64,000 nt of DNA from Heteronotia binoei (taxonomy: Eukaryota): positions 78,306,001 through 78,370,000 of the forward strand of contig NC_083228.1 of assembly GCF_032191835.1 (NCBI RefSeq), given 5' to 3'. The position numbers were made by a program, and so were the translations under genes. Below the pieces are notes generated by a model, which worked only from the letters and a program-made list of their open reading frames with translations, was not told where the DNA came from and made no database searches. Positions 12,301 through 25,400 of this stretch are shown here, one piece after another. The stretch's first letter is position 1. Each line of letters opens with the position of its first letter.

Positions 12301-15300
12301 CCAAGAAGGTCCTCTCCTGGGTTGCCACCCGCACAAACTCAGAAGGCAGGGACATCCTAAGTAAGGTTTCCAAAGATGACTCTAATGGTTGGACAGGTTC
12401 ATAAGGGATTAGATGGTCCTTCTTGCAAACCTGGATATCTAAATAATCTCTTTATTGTGACATAAACTTAGACAGCATCCCATTACCTAGCAACAAGGAA
12501 AGCATCAACAGCTATAGTGGCCCCCTTTACCTTTCTCATCATGGGATGAAACTGATGCCCACATGCCTCAAAGAAAGCCTTCAGAACCTGAAACACAGAT
12601 GCCCAGGCTGCATGGAACTGGTACATCAGGGCTTCTTCCACTGCTCTACAAGAAGAAAAACAGATGCCTAATTAAAAACAACCTACATTGGCGCCATAAC
12701 TCAGATAGCCCAGGCAAGCCCAATCTCATCAGATCTCAGAAACTAAGCAGGGTTAGCTCTGGACAGTACTTGGATGGGAGACCTCCTTGGAATACCAGTA
12801 GTCAGGAGGTAGGGACAGGCTTTATTCAGCCATCTCTCTGAATGCAAGGCAACCAGAGCCAGGGCCTTTTCTGTTCTGGCCCCTGCTTGGTGGAATGAGC
12901 TTCCGGAGGTGGTTAAGGCCCTGTGAGAGATCTCACAGTTCCGCAGGGCCTGCAAAACGGTGCTCTTCCACCAGGCATTTTTGAATTAAAATCTACGACA
13001 ACAGAAAAAACAGATATTACACCATCCGGTCCAAAAACAAATAAACACTACTTGGTCCACCTCCAATACTCCACTGTGTCCTGGGACCTTTTGCTTAATA
13101 CGCAGTAACAGCTAACAATACAATTTACATTGATTGAATTCGCAGTTATCCACCATTACTAATAAAACTTACTGTAAGATCAAATAGCACCTACCATCGT
13201 TGTATGATATTGTTTTATATGTTTTATCTATGATGCATTTTACATTTTTATGTTACAGCTTACTAATACTGGTCTTTATGACCTTTCAATGTGAGCCACC
13301 CTGAGCCTGCTTCGGCGGGGAGGGCGGAATATATGTCGAATAAATAAATAAATATCCTCTAGGTCACGAGTAGGCCATGACTTCCAGGTGCACATAAACA
13401 TTCATGTGTATGCATGCACACACACACACACAAATACAAAAGAAAAAAACATTGGCAAAACCTACAACAGATAGAGATGGCTGCAAGACAGGCCAGACCT
13501 CCCAAGCTGGCTGATCCTTTTACCTGAACATCTTGCAGACATGGGCAGCAGGGCCAGAAGGGGTGGCAGAGGACACCAGACCCAGTTCTGCCATGTGAGG
13601 AGCCACACACTCGTTGAGCAGAACCTGCAAAGTGCAAATATATTCGGATACAACCTGACACCAGCATCAGTTCACACTACCCAGAGGCCAGGAGAGTACA
13701 TATGCTGGCTACAGCTGCCCAGAGAGAACCCCAGAGCATGTACACCCCAGCATTAAATGTAGAACCACAGAAGTTCTCCATCCTTGTATTTCTTTGAAAG
13801 GCTACAAAAGCACTGTTATAGACAGCTCTGCCATCATGCAGATAAAAGTAAGAATACCTTTAGGGTTTGGGCAGCAGCTGATACCACCTGGTTGTGCGGG
13901 GAAAGGAAGGTGACTATTGTTGCGCTGAAGAGGCGAGAAAGGTGAGCCCAGCAAAGTTCCCATTGCAGCCTACAACAGAGACAAACTTCATTACAGCCCA
14001 GTTGCACATCCAAACCCTCCCCATTACTATCCCAACTTCTCCCCTTACCTTGCCAGGTTGATATGTGCCCGCTCCATGACAGCCAGCCACGCCAGCAGAG
14101 GCTGCAAGTCACCCTCACCAGGCATGTAGTCATACAGGGCCTGGTACAGCAAAACACAGAGATTAACCTAAGTGTCTCATGCTGACTATACCCCACCCTG
14201 GTCTGGCCTTTGCAGGACTCACAGTAATTATCTGGGCATTGAGCTCAGCTGGCAGGGACGATGAAGGTGGCTGGGCAGCAAACAGGCTATGAAAGGCATT
14301 CATGGCACATGCCGTTACCAGCTGGGGGTGAAAGTAAATAAGAATCTTTATGATGCACACACCTTCACACGGATCCCATAAAGCCAGAAATGGCAACCCA
14401 ACCAAAGGGACAGGAAAGGTACTTTCACCCACAAGAAATAGAACATGCAGTCAAAGCCACAAGAATAACTGCATGAGCAATAACATCACAGTAGCACTCC
14501 CCCACCAAGGGCTCTCTGTCCCACTCCCTACTGGAAAGTGCAGACCGCCCCCCACCCCAACAAAGTCAAGGCAATGTCAGAGAACCACAAGAAACAGGAG
14601 GCAGGGGAACTCACCACATGGCTGAGGGTCATGACCCGAAGCAAGGTCTCACAACAGGGTTTAACAGATGAGGCAGGCAGGGAAGGCAGCAAGTCACGAA
14701 GCAGAGTGAGTACATGCAAGGTGGTGGTGGCCTCTTTTGCACCTGGAGGAACCAGAGAAAGTCAGTCCTGCTGCTCATCTCAAGAGCGCAGCCACAAAAA
14801 ACCCCTAGTTTACTTTATTAAGATAGTTATATCCTGCCTGTCCTCTTAGCAGTCTGCATATGAACCCTGTGGGTCTCTACGATCAGCTGTCTCTATTATC
14901 AACATCTCCTGGTGGTCCCTGGTCCCAGAAATCTCTAACTTGCCTCAACCAAGGCCACAGTCTTTTCAGCCCTGGCCCCTGCCTGGTGGAATGAGCTCCC
15001 CTTGGAAATCCAGGCTCTGCAGGACCTGCTTCAGTTCCACAGGGCCTGCAAAACAGAGCTCTTCCACTGGGCCTTCAGTTGAGGCAGCAACTGGGATCCA
15101 ATAAACTTTTTGGACTGATCGTTTTTAAAGTGTTTAGCTTTAGCTTTATTTTTAGCTTCTTTTGTGGTAATTTTAACCTGTTCAATTTGTTTTAATTGTT
15201 TGCTTTTTGATGGAACCTGCCTGGAGCCTGCTTCGCAGGGAGGGTGGGATAAAAATCGTATGAAATAAATAAAATAAAATTTTAAATGATGATTAAAACA

Positions 15301-15600
15301 TCACAGGTTAAAAACAAATACCCCCGAATGCCTCCTCCTCTTAAAAGTTACTTGCCATTCATACCCACCAAAAGCCCTGACAAACAAGACAGCCCTGCAG
15401 CACCTTCTGAAGATTTCCAGTGAGCGGGCTTCTCCCACCTGTTCAGGAAGGCCATTCCACAGTGTGAGAGCCAAAACAGAAAAGGTCAGGGCCATGGTCA
15501 ATACCAGGTACCATTCTGAGTGAGGAAACAGCCAGCAAGTGGCAGCCTGATGACCACAGTTGGTGCACAGGAACATATGAGACAGACCTTCAGATACAGG

Positions 15601-15642
<42 letters not shown>

Positions 15643-18600
15643 CAAAGACCATAACCAGCACTTTGAACTCAAAAACAAACAGCTAATGAAATGAGCCACG
15701 AATGTTCCCATTGACAACAACTGGATGCCAAATTCTAAACCAGCTGCAGCTTCCAGGTTGTCATCATGGACAGCCCAAAGTACAACACATTTCAGTAGTC
15801 CAACTGCAAGGTTACAAAATAATGAATCAGCACAACCAGATCAGTTCATCCTAAGAAAGGAAAGAGTTGGCAACCAAACAAAAGTGACAGAAGGTGCTCT
15901 TGATCACTGTGTCAGTTTATGGTTCAAACAGCTAGGATGGGCCCATGAGTACCCTCAAGTTTTTAACCTGCTCTGCAAATGCCAACTCTACTCCATCCAA
16001 GTGTTTGCTTGGTTTTTCTATATAACTGTCAACTACAAAGGGCTCAATGCAGTGGAGAACAGAGCTAACCTAACAGATTACTAGGACAAGAGGTGCAGTT
16101 CTGCTGGTGTATCTGCATTTTCACTGGGAGTGGAAGGGAATTCCTCTCCCATTGCATGTGCCCCACTTTTCCACCCCACTGTCCCTAAGAGGCCTCTGAC
16201 CACATCCTGGAGCAGAATTTGGGCAGATTCAATGCTCTGCAGCAGGAAGTGAGACATTCCTACATCTCACTCTGCTATGGTTATGCTGATTTGGATCCAA
16301 CACAGAGTCTTCCTACACAAAGTGACTGCAAGACAGTCTTGGAAAGGAAGCAGATTCCTTGAAACGAGATATGTGGACCAGAAAAAGACCCCCCGAAATA
16401 GAATTTATCAGATCCAGATTTCAGAGGTAGCATAATTATCAGTATTATGGATTACTCAGATCTCCAATAATAATTCAATATTCAGATTTGGGTTTTGTTT
16501 GGGATTCCAAAATTATTCACATCCATTATTCCCTATGGAGAATCATTCCAAGGAGCTAGAGACGTTGTTTTTAAGCAACTTCAGCAGAGCTGGTATTGCC
16601 TGTCCACTTTAGAACTCCCAAGTTTTCAGTTGGACCAAGTAATTCAGTTCTATAGGCCCCTGAATAAGGTGCCCCAGCTGTCCTCCACTGTTTCTTATGG
16701 GAAAGAAAAATTACATGCTCACCAGAGCAATGAATAGCCAAACACACAAAAGCAAGCAAACACTGGCCAAAAGCCTCCTAATGGAAACAGAACCAACAAG
16801 CCCAACAGAACCAATGTCAAATCAGATAAACTCAGCAGAACTACAGGTCAGTGTGGCTAGCCCAACATATGCAATGTCCAGCTACAGAATCCAGTCCAGC
16901 TAACTGAAGCAAGGGAAGGAAGTACTTCCCAACAGAACCTATTGTCAAACCAGAGGACCCCAGCAGAACCAAAATGGCAAATTCCTCCTAATTTGTGATC
17001 CTACTTGCCTATCAGAGCTGCCTCTCCCTGCCCCCACTGCCCAGGAAACCCACCCAAAGCAAAAAACACATACATACATACACAAAAATACCCCCTTCCC
17101 ACCATAAGTTTGGAGTTTTAAAAACCTGGACTTGGATATTCCAGAATAACCAGGATTGGGATACTGGTATTGTAGAGAATCCTGAATCTATCCAAGTGCA
17201 CATCCCTACTTGGAACTATCTCCAATTCAAAAATGGCATTTTGATAGGCAGAGACTAGATTAATTCTTTCCCCATACAATGCTGGTTCAACCAACTGTAG
17301 CCTATGAAGGCACTTAACAGTATCACTGTCACCCATATATAACAACTGCCTATGAGTAGCTGCTGCCCAAGAACTGGTTAAGCTCTTCTGAACTTCATTA
17401 AGCACAGCATTTATGTAGACAAGAGCTAGAAAAGTCCTCATGCAGGGCCTGGAAGTAAGGAAGTGTGTGCAATGTTGAGCAGGCAAGAAGGCTTTTCAAG
17501 AGGGGGCTCAGCTTTTCTGGACATCCTAGTTTATTATAAAGCTACCATACTGGCATTTATGGTTAAAATACTTTACCACAAGCCCCTCCCAGCTTGGGCT
17601 AGCATTGAGGAAGCCCACTTTAAACCTCTTAAATACTATTAATTTCTTTGAAACCTAAAGACCGACCACATTGGCTACTTTTAAACCCATTTGTCAAAGC
17701 TTTATTAACAGTATGGGACCACGAACGTAAACGCCTGGCCTCTGGTATTTCTGCTCTTTCCATCTTTATGGCCAACTATGGTTCCCCCCAGCTCAATCCC
17801 CCAGTGCCTTCTCCATCTGGAGACAGTCAGCTTTAATTTATCTCTTTAACCTTTTCCACCATCAGGAATTTCTTTCCAAACAGCAACTAGAGCAGAAAGT
17901 TTCTCACTCTCTACCTTGGTACAGATATTTCCAAATCCATCACTTATTCAGTAATCCTCAATTTCGTGAGGTTAATAGATGCCCCTGAACGGACGTTGAA
18001 CATCTGTTGTCACGTCCCAAGCTCTCCAACAAAAGCCTTCTCTCCAAACTCTACCAAATCCTGTTGTCTTCAATACACAAGGGTTTACTGTCATATAGCT
18101 CCTGATGGCACAAAGACTGTAAATTACACCTATCTTCTGAGCAGTGGGAAGCGATTTGGACATCTGAAGCATTTTGCACCCGCTCTCTAAATATCTTCCA
18201 ACAAAATTTTAAGCTAATGTCCAGATGGTATTATACCCCTCTCCATTCAGCTCACATTAGCAACCAATTTTCCCCACTGTGTTGGGAGAGATTGTGGAAT
18301 GTTAGCTTCTTACCTGCACTGTTGGTGAGATTGTTCTGTGGTTAAATTGTTTTGGGGCCGAATTCTGATTCTTGTCAATGATATTGCTCAAACATCTACC
18401 CCATTGAATCCTAATATAATCCTTCTTAATAATTGGTCCAACTACATTATATCTCTTGTTAAAAAAATCTCTGGTTATTGAACTCCTGACAGCAGGCAAA
18501 TCTGTAATAGCCCAATCCTGGAAGGACTCAAAAAACCTAACTACAGATTCCTGGCTTATTAAGATATGGGACCATATGATCAAAATTTCCTCAGGCCTAA

Positions 18601-21600
18601 ATCCAGTGGATCTGTATCAAGCTTACTAAAATTATATCTCCAAGTGATCCCCATTCTTGAGAAAATTGACAATGACTCTCTTTATGCCGACTCTTTTGCA
18701 AAATGTGCCATTTATCGGAAAATCTTATTATATAAACTGTGCACTAAAGGAAGGAAGGAGAGACCATAGGCCAGGAAGGAAGGGAAAGGAGGCAGCTGAG
18801 CTTTACAAAATTAAAAACTGAATACTAGATTTCAACTGTAGTTGTATCTGTAATAGGCATGGACAAGTGTAAAGGAGAGCAAATGATACTTGAAGTAACC
18901 AGAGCCTGCAAAGAAGGAATAGGAACACATACCTAAACCAGCATGGTGCATCCATCACAAAGTATGGAACAAATCTAGTACAGTAGGCTTTATACTCCAA
19001 ACCAGCTGTGCAATTCCTGGGAAGTGCCAACTGGAGAATTACATACTCTGCCTTTCCACAGAGGGATTGGCAAACCCAATAAATCAGTGCTTTAATTTGC
19101 AAGTGGTAAAGTAATGTGTCATCAGATCTCTATAATGCAATGACTTCTCACTGAATGATCTTCTCCCACCCCTATACCTCCAGCCTTCTCAATCTCTTGC
19201 ACACAGAACTTTGCAGCCGAGGTTGCAGCTGGGTGATTTGAGGGAGCCCCATCTCCAAACAGGAATTCACTGCCTCTCAGGATCGAGCAAACACCATGCT
19301 GAGCAGCCTTGCGGACCTGAGCAAAGGAGAGGAGTGTCAGAGGACAGTGAGCTGGGATGTAGCATTCCCAAAACTCACCATCCATATACTAAAAGCATGG
19401 CCTTGGATCCACTGAAATTTTCCATATGTGGAAAAGTGTCCACCTTGGCAGCATAACTGTTTCCCTTTTCTTCTCCAGATGCAGCCCCAAGTGCCCCCCG
19501 GAAAAGCTCATCCTGCCTCCACAGGAACAGCATTTTGACTTGCTGAGAAGGCTCTGGTGGATCCAAGTCACTACTTTGCATAACTATGACTGAAAAACAT
19601 ACTGTCTGTTTGCAGTGAAATTTACCAGAGTAAGCAGAATTGTGCCTGCCTGGGGTCTCAACTAACATCTCCAAAATGAACAAATCCCAAAAACACTGTG
19701 TATAAATCAACACTATTTATATTCTGTAATCACCAAAAATATTTTTAACAATTAAAGCATAATAATGTCATATTTATGTATTCATTTATAATACAAATTT
19801 CAAAGATAATAAATAAAGCATGATTGCTATCTCTAATGCTCCCACCACATAGAAAGACAATAGGTATAAAGTTGAAGTTCCAAGATACAAGTGATATGCA
19901 GCGATGTTATTAATTAATTGGATTTAATAATAGGAGCTACAAAAATAAATAATAAATAGCTAATAGGAGCTACAAAAATAAAGCCTCTTGGCTGCAAAGT
20001 ACAGATGAAAATGTGGCCATCCTGCAGTTTGTGACTTCTGTGATCTAATGCCTGACAGGACTCGTAGGTTAATGATTTTCATTTCTGTTCTTCATCAGAA
20101 TGCCAATGTAAGACTATGCAAGAGACTTGAATCTGGAGCTGTCCCTAGCAAGTGTGAAACATCTGTTCTTCTCACCCAGTTGAGAAAGGTCATTATTGGC
20201 AATAAAAGCATTTGGATAAGTACAATTTTATTTTAGGATGCCCAAAGAGTATACTAATTTGCAGCAAGATTACCATTTTTATACATATGTATGCTTATGC
20301 TTATCAGCTCCAAATTCAAGCTTCTTGTGAAGATTTACATTAGCACTCTAACAAAGAGCCAAAATGAGCACCATTAACCTAGGAGCCTCGTCAGGCAACA
20401 AATCATATGCACTGTGTTCCTTTGTATTGCTTGACATCTCCAACATGGTTGAGCTGATATCTCCAGTGACTCACCTTGGGCTTGACATGCACAGTAAAGC
20501 TGAGAAGGCCATGGAAAACTTGCATCGTGACTGGATAGTTCCAAGTTACTAGATTCTGTCTCCGCAGCAATGTGGCTAAGCAGGAGAGCACCTGACAGGA
20601 AGAAGACGAAATAAGGACTGATGTGGCATTAACAGTATTAGCTATGTCCCAGTACATGATGAATATTAGCTATGTCCCAGTACATGATGCTGCTGCTTCT
20701 GGCAATTCTCAGCAATGAGATCAATTGGACTTCCTGATATATCTGACAAAGAACAGCTGAACAGCATCTTGCACCTTTTAGCCAGCAATGGTATAACCTA
20801 AATTCCAACAGCGCTCCTTACACTTTGTTTAAGGGAAAAAGACCAACAGCCTGTTGGTCTCTCAGATGCACATCACACTTTTGAATGAGGCCCACCAATC
20901 ATGACAGGTCCTCCCACCCTGCAAACACACATGCTCATTTTGCCTCACAATTTGGTTCCTTCTGGAACACTTACCCAGCGCAGAGCCAAGGTGGAGCTTC
21001 CACAGGCTTGAGAGCCCAAGATCCCCATGAATGCCTTAGAAGTATCAGAGAACTTCTTGATAAGCACAGGACCTGGTACCCTTTTAGGGGTGTAGAAGAC
21101 GGGATAATAGTATGAATAATAGCAAGCTTTCCATTACCCATTCAGCAGTCTCACTTTCTATTGCATTTAGGCTCAGTGACTTCCACACTTTTACACTCCT
21201 AGACCTTTTGATCATTCTTTTAACCTGATAAAAGGCCGCAGGAGCTATCAAAATGTAGGACAACACAATGTTCTTCTCAGCTCACTGAAACATGGGTTAC
21301 AGATTTCAGCCCATCTAAAACAGGATATAATGTAATCCAAGATATATACTGCAGTGGCTAAAATGATTAAGGACGCAAAATCTATTTCATACAAGGAAAG
21401 ATGGAAAAACTGTGGTAGTAAAAGTTGCTATGGAATCTTATTATACTGAATGTACCAAAACGAGATGGTATACAATAAAAGTTGAAAGTAAACTCAGTTA
21501 ATTTGTTGACCCATTGGAAAAGGTAGTAGTAGTTTTTAGTCACTGGCCATCGAATTTGGTAAAACCACAGGAAACGTTAACAAAATAGCCTTGGTGGTTA

Positions 21601-24600
21601 AAATATATCAAGCTACAGTATCTAAGAAGCTTCTCCTTTCAAGGCCTTATCTTCTTTGCTGCAAAAGCAAACAAGGAAACTCTGTAGAGGCATAGGCATC
21701 AGTATCAGATCACAGGAATACAATTTTCTCAGCGTCTGAATACAGATCTATGGTGGGTAAAATTCTTGCCACAAATTTATCCTTGAGATCAGTATATAAT
21801 GGACAGTTTAGGACATAATGGGGCAAGTCTTCTCATTTGAAGGAACCACATATACATACATGTTGATCCACTGGTGTTTGAGAATAATGGCCAGTCAACA
21901 GGGTTGTTGGCATTATTTGAAAATGCAGTGAAGTAAAAATCATTCTGAGCTTATGATTATAAATGTAGCTAAATAAAGAGACTTGAAGAGATCAGATTTG
22001 ATTAGTTTACACCATGGTGCTTGCTTTAGATTTTAAAATTAAAGTTTAGTCAATCAATGCATCAAATTTGTATCTCCAATCCTATAATGAAAATTATCAT
22101 CTAAAAGATCACTGAGGATGGAGAATCTTGAAATAATTCTATTTTAAAAAACCAAAGTGCTGTGCGTCTTTCAATAACAAAAAACAGAATGATTGTTGAC
22201 TAATGGATTAGGTCTGGAAATTTTAGTCCTTTTCCAGTATTTTAGAACTGCAAGATGTAACCAGGCCCTGTTTCTGCTCTCATCAAGGCAGCTGATTGGT
22301 CATATTGTAAATCCATTTAAACCTTTTCCAAACAAATTCAATGGCTAAATCTTCTTTTCAAGGCTGAATGAAACTTGATCCTGAAAGTAATTAACACGGT
22401 TTTCTGTTTGCACCTTCCAAGTTATTCTATACTTCCTTCTCCAAAGCATCCTGATTGTGGGTCACTGGTCTGGGTCTGGAACACTTCTCATGTTCTTAAA
22501 ACTCACCGCTTCAGCACCAGATTCAGCAAATAAGCTACAGCAGCCATGGATTCTGGTGATTCAACTGCTTCTAGAGTTGTCATCTGTGAAAACATAGTAT
22601 GGTGGTGTGAGGCAACCAGAGAGCAGATTAGGCAGCTTGAACATCATCCTACACAGAGGGGAGATACATAATCCCTTCCATGGAAAACCTTGCCATTAAC
22701 CTGTGATTTGCCCTACTGGTACAAGATTAGAACACAATTTGCAGAGCATCAGCCCAGCTGCTCCAACATGTCTATGATAACATGAAACTACAGGGGGCAA
22801 CTTAACACCACCCTTCTCAGAAGGGGACAATAGGAGACCAATAAAAATCAAACATTTTCTTGATGGGAAAGGGAACTTTCCTCCTCCACAGGCACCCGCC
22901 AGACCATTAACGCAAGATTATCACTAGTTCCTGTTATCATGGCAATTGAATTAAACCATATTCAGTTATATGTGCTGGTGCCCTGGAAGCTCAGGGTTAC
23001 CAGCTCCACTCTACAACTCTGACACTCACCAGTGCACCAAAATATTCTGTCTCACTCTCTATGCCACCCTGTGCCCGGATTACTTCTGTGACAGCAGCCA
23101 ACACAGCACAGATCTAAAATAAATAAACAAAAGCATAACTGAAGAGTTGGAAGCAATTCAGCAAGCTATTCCCTAACACACACAGGCATATCATGCCCAT
23201 CCCTGTGAATGTTTCCATACTGCAATCTGGCAAGAAAAAAGATTCAGAAGGTGGTACCCAAGCAGAGGCTTGACAGAGCAACTTTCTACCCTCCCTTCTC
23301 TGATAGCACACACTTAAAATGTCAATGCCATTGCTGGGTGCCTCTCACTTCAGCCGTACTCCTTCCTTTATCAATGCTGTACCTCTTTGTGAGCAGCAGA
23401 ATTGGATTCCCAGAGACGCTGCACTCTACTGAAGGTAAGATTGGTGCAGTCACTTAGGCCACTCAAGAAGGTAGCTGAAGATTTGTGGGTCTTAGTTTCT
23501 GCATCGTTATCCTCCTCCATGCAGGGCTGGGCACCCTCCACATTCCGAAAAGAAGGAAGTGGTCCTGATGACTGCAGCTCATTGTGCAGTTTCAGTGCAT
23601 CCACAGTCAGATCACTTTTTTCTGTAAGAGAAAGATCAACATTCAGTTAAATCTTAGCATGACAAACACGTCATACTCGATCCCTACAAGGCTGCAGGTG
23701 AGTCACCAATACCAGCTACACTACACAGGACACATACAAGGGCTTAATTTGAGCCAGCTGAGGCATCTGTTTTTAATACCACAGCTCAGCAACATGGGAT
23801 ATGAAATAAATGTGATTGCTTTCCTGCACAAACAGAATTCTTTCTCCTCTGTTCCATCCTGAATAAGTCCATTTTCTGGTGGCATGAGTTCAACTTATTC
23901 ATAATAATACAAGCCACAGCACTTCTCCCATTATTGTAGATATTCAAGTAACATTGTCCCATGGAATTCTGTAACTGCTGGAACACAAAAGTGGATTATT
24001 CATAGACTTTGCTTGAAAAAGCAGGTGTGGAGAGTGTGCCTAAACAGATTAACAGAGTAACCAAAAAAGCCTGCATTGTCAGCTCACTGTCTGCCTTTCT
24101 TCACATAGGCTGGAACTCCAGGAGACCACCATGGACCACATAATACACCAGGTAAAGATGTTTTTCTGCCACTACATGTAGCATCCATAAATAAGCCAGA
24201 CTGAAGCACAATTTTCTACGAGGACTTATTCAGGATGGAACAGAGGTATGGGCCTGTAACTAAATCAGCATCAACCTTGCAAATACAAATTCCAAAAACT
24301 GTCCTTGTTAAAAAGAGCTAGGAAGAAGCAGCTACTGTCCTGGTTACAAACAGACCAGATCTGGGGTAATAAGCCCAAGATCTGATCGCTTCGTACCCGG
24401 AACAATAGCTGCTTCTGTAGTCTTAAAGATACCATTAAAGAGTTCTATATAACGTACGTAATATAACCACAACCGCTCTTTAAGGTAAGTTTAGGAAGAA
24501 TAATCGGTTCAGGATTAGCCAGTGCAATTTACGAATAAACAGGGATTTTGAGGGGGGCCTGTATCACCCGGGAGGGTCTCCACTACACCACCACATTAAA

Positions 24601-24855
24601 TCCAGCACGGAGACAGAGCGAACAAAAAGCTCTCCTTGCTTCCCCATCACGCCCTAAACTCTTGCCACAAGTCTGCTCTGCCTTCAACACTCAGGCACAG
24701 TCCACTGATCACAAACCTGATCGGGGAGCGAGCAAACGACCGCGAGCTGCCAGGCGATAGCGCCGCCCCTCCGGGTTGCTGTCGCTGCTGCATCCTTTAC
24801 GCCAACGCTTGAGTTTACCGGCAGAGCCCGAGCGCAGCTTTCCCGAACGACCCAT
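339..24855 (-). CDS. RRP12: RRP12-like protein (ribosomal RNA processing 12 homolog), coding exons 1-29; 3' exons lie beyond the left edge of the window
   Basis: N-terminus [21 protein letters not shown] at ATG 24855 and recognisable RRP12 peptides throughout ([32 protein letters not shown]). Exons in transcript order, all GT-AG with consistent phases: 24717-24855, 23383-23621, 23030-23113, 22507-22583, 20975-21080, 20475-20591, 19178-19316, 14615-14742, 14223-14321, 14049-14140, 13858-13969, 13524-13624, 12531-12645, 11676-11818, 9360-9481, 8596-8660, 8316-8478, 7699-7853, 7517-7584, 6836-6929, 5900-6058, 5675-5755, 5020-5125, 4058-4165, 3558-3715, 3063-3154, 932-1084, 607-779, 339-446 (3496 nt in window). 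Synteny with PGAM1-EXOSC1-ZDHHC16 matches the known amniote arrangement. Confidence 0.96.
2650..2808 (-). mobile_element. AT-rich LINE 3' tail flanked by a 31-bp direct repeat
   Basis: Direct repeats 2619-2649 and 2809-2839 (3 mismatches); tail motif ggcctaatgaccataata on the minus strand. Confidence 0.55.
7050..7225 (+). mobile_element. CR1 3' end fragment
   Basis: ggggttggactagatgaccctggaggtcc...ctatgattct; a similar tail occurs at 10340-10390. Confidence 0.65.
8995..9140 (-). mobile_element. Sauria-type tRNA-derived SINE fragment
   Basis: cctccattctgtccccacaag...gaggtaggttaggctgag...cagggtcacccagcaaactcccatggc; related fragments at 1-60 (-) and 46770-46930 (+). Confidence 0.65.
11221..11427 (+). 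mobile_element. 5S rRNA-derived SINE (SINE3-type), 5'-truncated, with 11-bp TSD
   Basis: cagatctcagaagctaagcagggtcg...gtacttggatgggagac...gaatacc matches the 5S rRNA internal control region; unique body and CA/A-rich tail; TSD aaggtgcttgc at 11210-11220 and 11428-11438. Confidence 0.8.
12010..12370 (-). mobile_element. L2 3' fragment
   Basis: ttatatcccgcctttct tail start and L2-like 3' sequence on the minus strand. Confidence 0.55.
12712..13449 (+). mobile_element. Second 5S-derived SINE copy (12712-12843 plus 13351-13449) split by an L2 3' fragment (12844-13350)
   Basis: Same 5S head and body as 11221-11427. The body stops at ctctctgaat and resumes aatatcctc...ccatgacttcc after the L2 tail. 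Confidence 0.75.
14930..15280 (+). mobile_element. L2 3' fragment
   Basis: gcccctgcctggtggaatgagctccc...gggcctgcaaaacagagctcttcc and the L2 tail with (aaat)n. Confidence 0.7.
15300..15950 (-). mobile_element. L2 3' fragment (different subfamily) with internal (TA)n
   Basis: [29 protein letters not shown] motif; (TA)n at about 15603-15632. Confidence 0.65.
17480..18760 (+). mobile_element. Degenerate L1/Tx1-type 3' ORF2 fragment in RRP12 intron 7
   Basis: YYKATIL..., [25 protein letters not shown] and later ORF2 C-terminal remnants, with stops and frameshifts. Confidence 0.65.
21525..22450 (-). mobile_element. Degenerate non-LTR retrotransposon C-terminus with CCHC knuckle (RTEX-like, clade uncertain)
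   Basis: Minus-strand translation [14 protein letters not shown]...[28 protein letters not shown] and upstream [13 protein letters not shown]. Confidence 0.55.
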
Positions 24856-25400
24856 ACCGACCGGCTGAGGCCACGAGCAACCCACGTGCAACCTTCTTCT
24901 TCCGTCTTGCTAGAAAAACTAGTTCCGGGTCTCTAGTTCCATGAGGCATTGCAACTTCCACTTCCACGCTTTCAATCGTCACAACATTTCCTTCTTGCGG
25001 CATTATGATTATAATTTATTACATTAATTGTTGGTTGGATTTCTGTTTGGAACATGGCCTTTAATGATACAGAAGTTCTGCTTCCTCTCCATGTTTACTG
25101 CCTATGGCTTATTTTGAGTAGACAACATCTTCCCAAACCACCGTAAAGAAATGAGGTCCTATAAATCAAAAAGTACTGCGGCATCTTAAAAGTCTAAGGT
25201 TTATTGTACCTTACGCTTTGGTGTGTGCCGACGTCCGTCGTCAGATGACGCAATGAAACTTAAGAAAATAAGATACGCAAACATGAAAATAGAATTTAAA
25301 GAATCCTGAAATACAGATCTCGGTCTACAATATTCCTGTGCAGAACGCTTTCGAGTTATATTCATAGTTTCCCCCGCTATGCGCGTGCATATCTGTATTA
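24856..25400 (-). promoter_or_regulatory. RRP12 promoter/5' UTR, CpG-enriched
   Basis: CpG-rich region upstream of the ATG. Canonical E-box CACGTG at 24883-24888 (consistent with MYC control of ribosome-biogenesis genes), ETS-like CTTCC motifs, and an ATF/CEBP-like ATGACGCAAT near 25245. Confidence 0.6.

Noticed and set aside
13849-13857. RRP12 intron 11 donor GTATTCTT resembling a U12 site
   Set aside because: Mismatch at +5, and no TCCTTAAC-like branch site before exon 12; treated as U2-type.
24815-25003. Overlapping upstream ORF across the RRP12 start
   Set aside because: Its ATGs are probably upstream of the transcription start, and there is no evidence it is transcribed.
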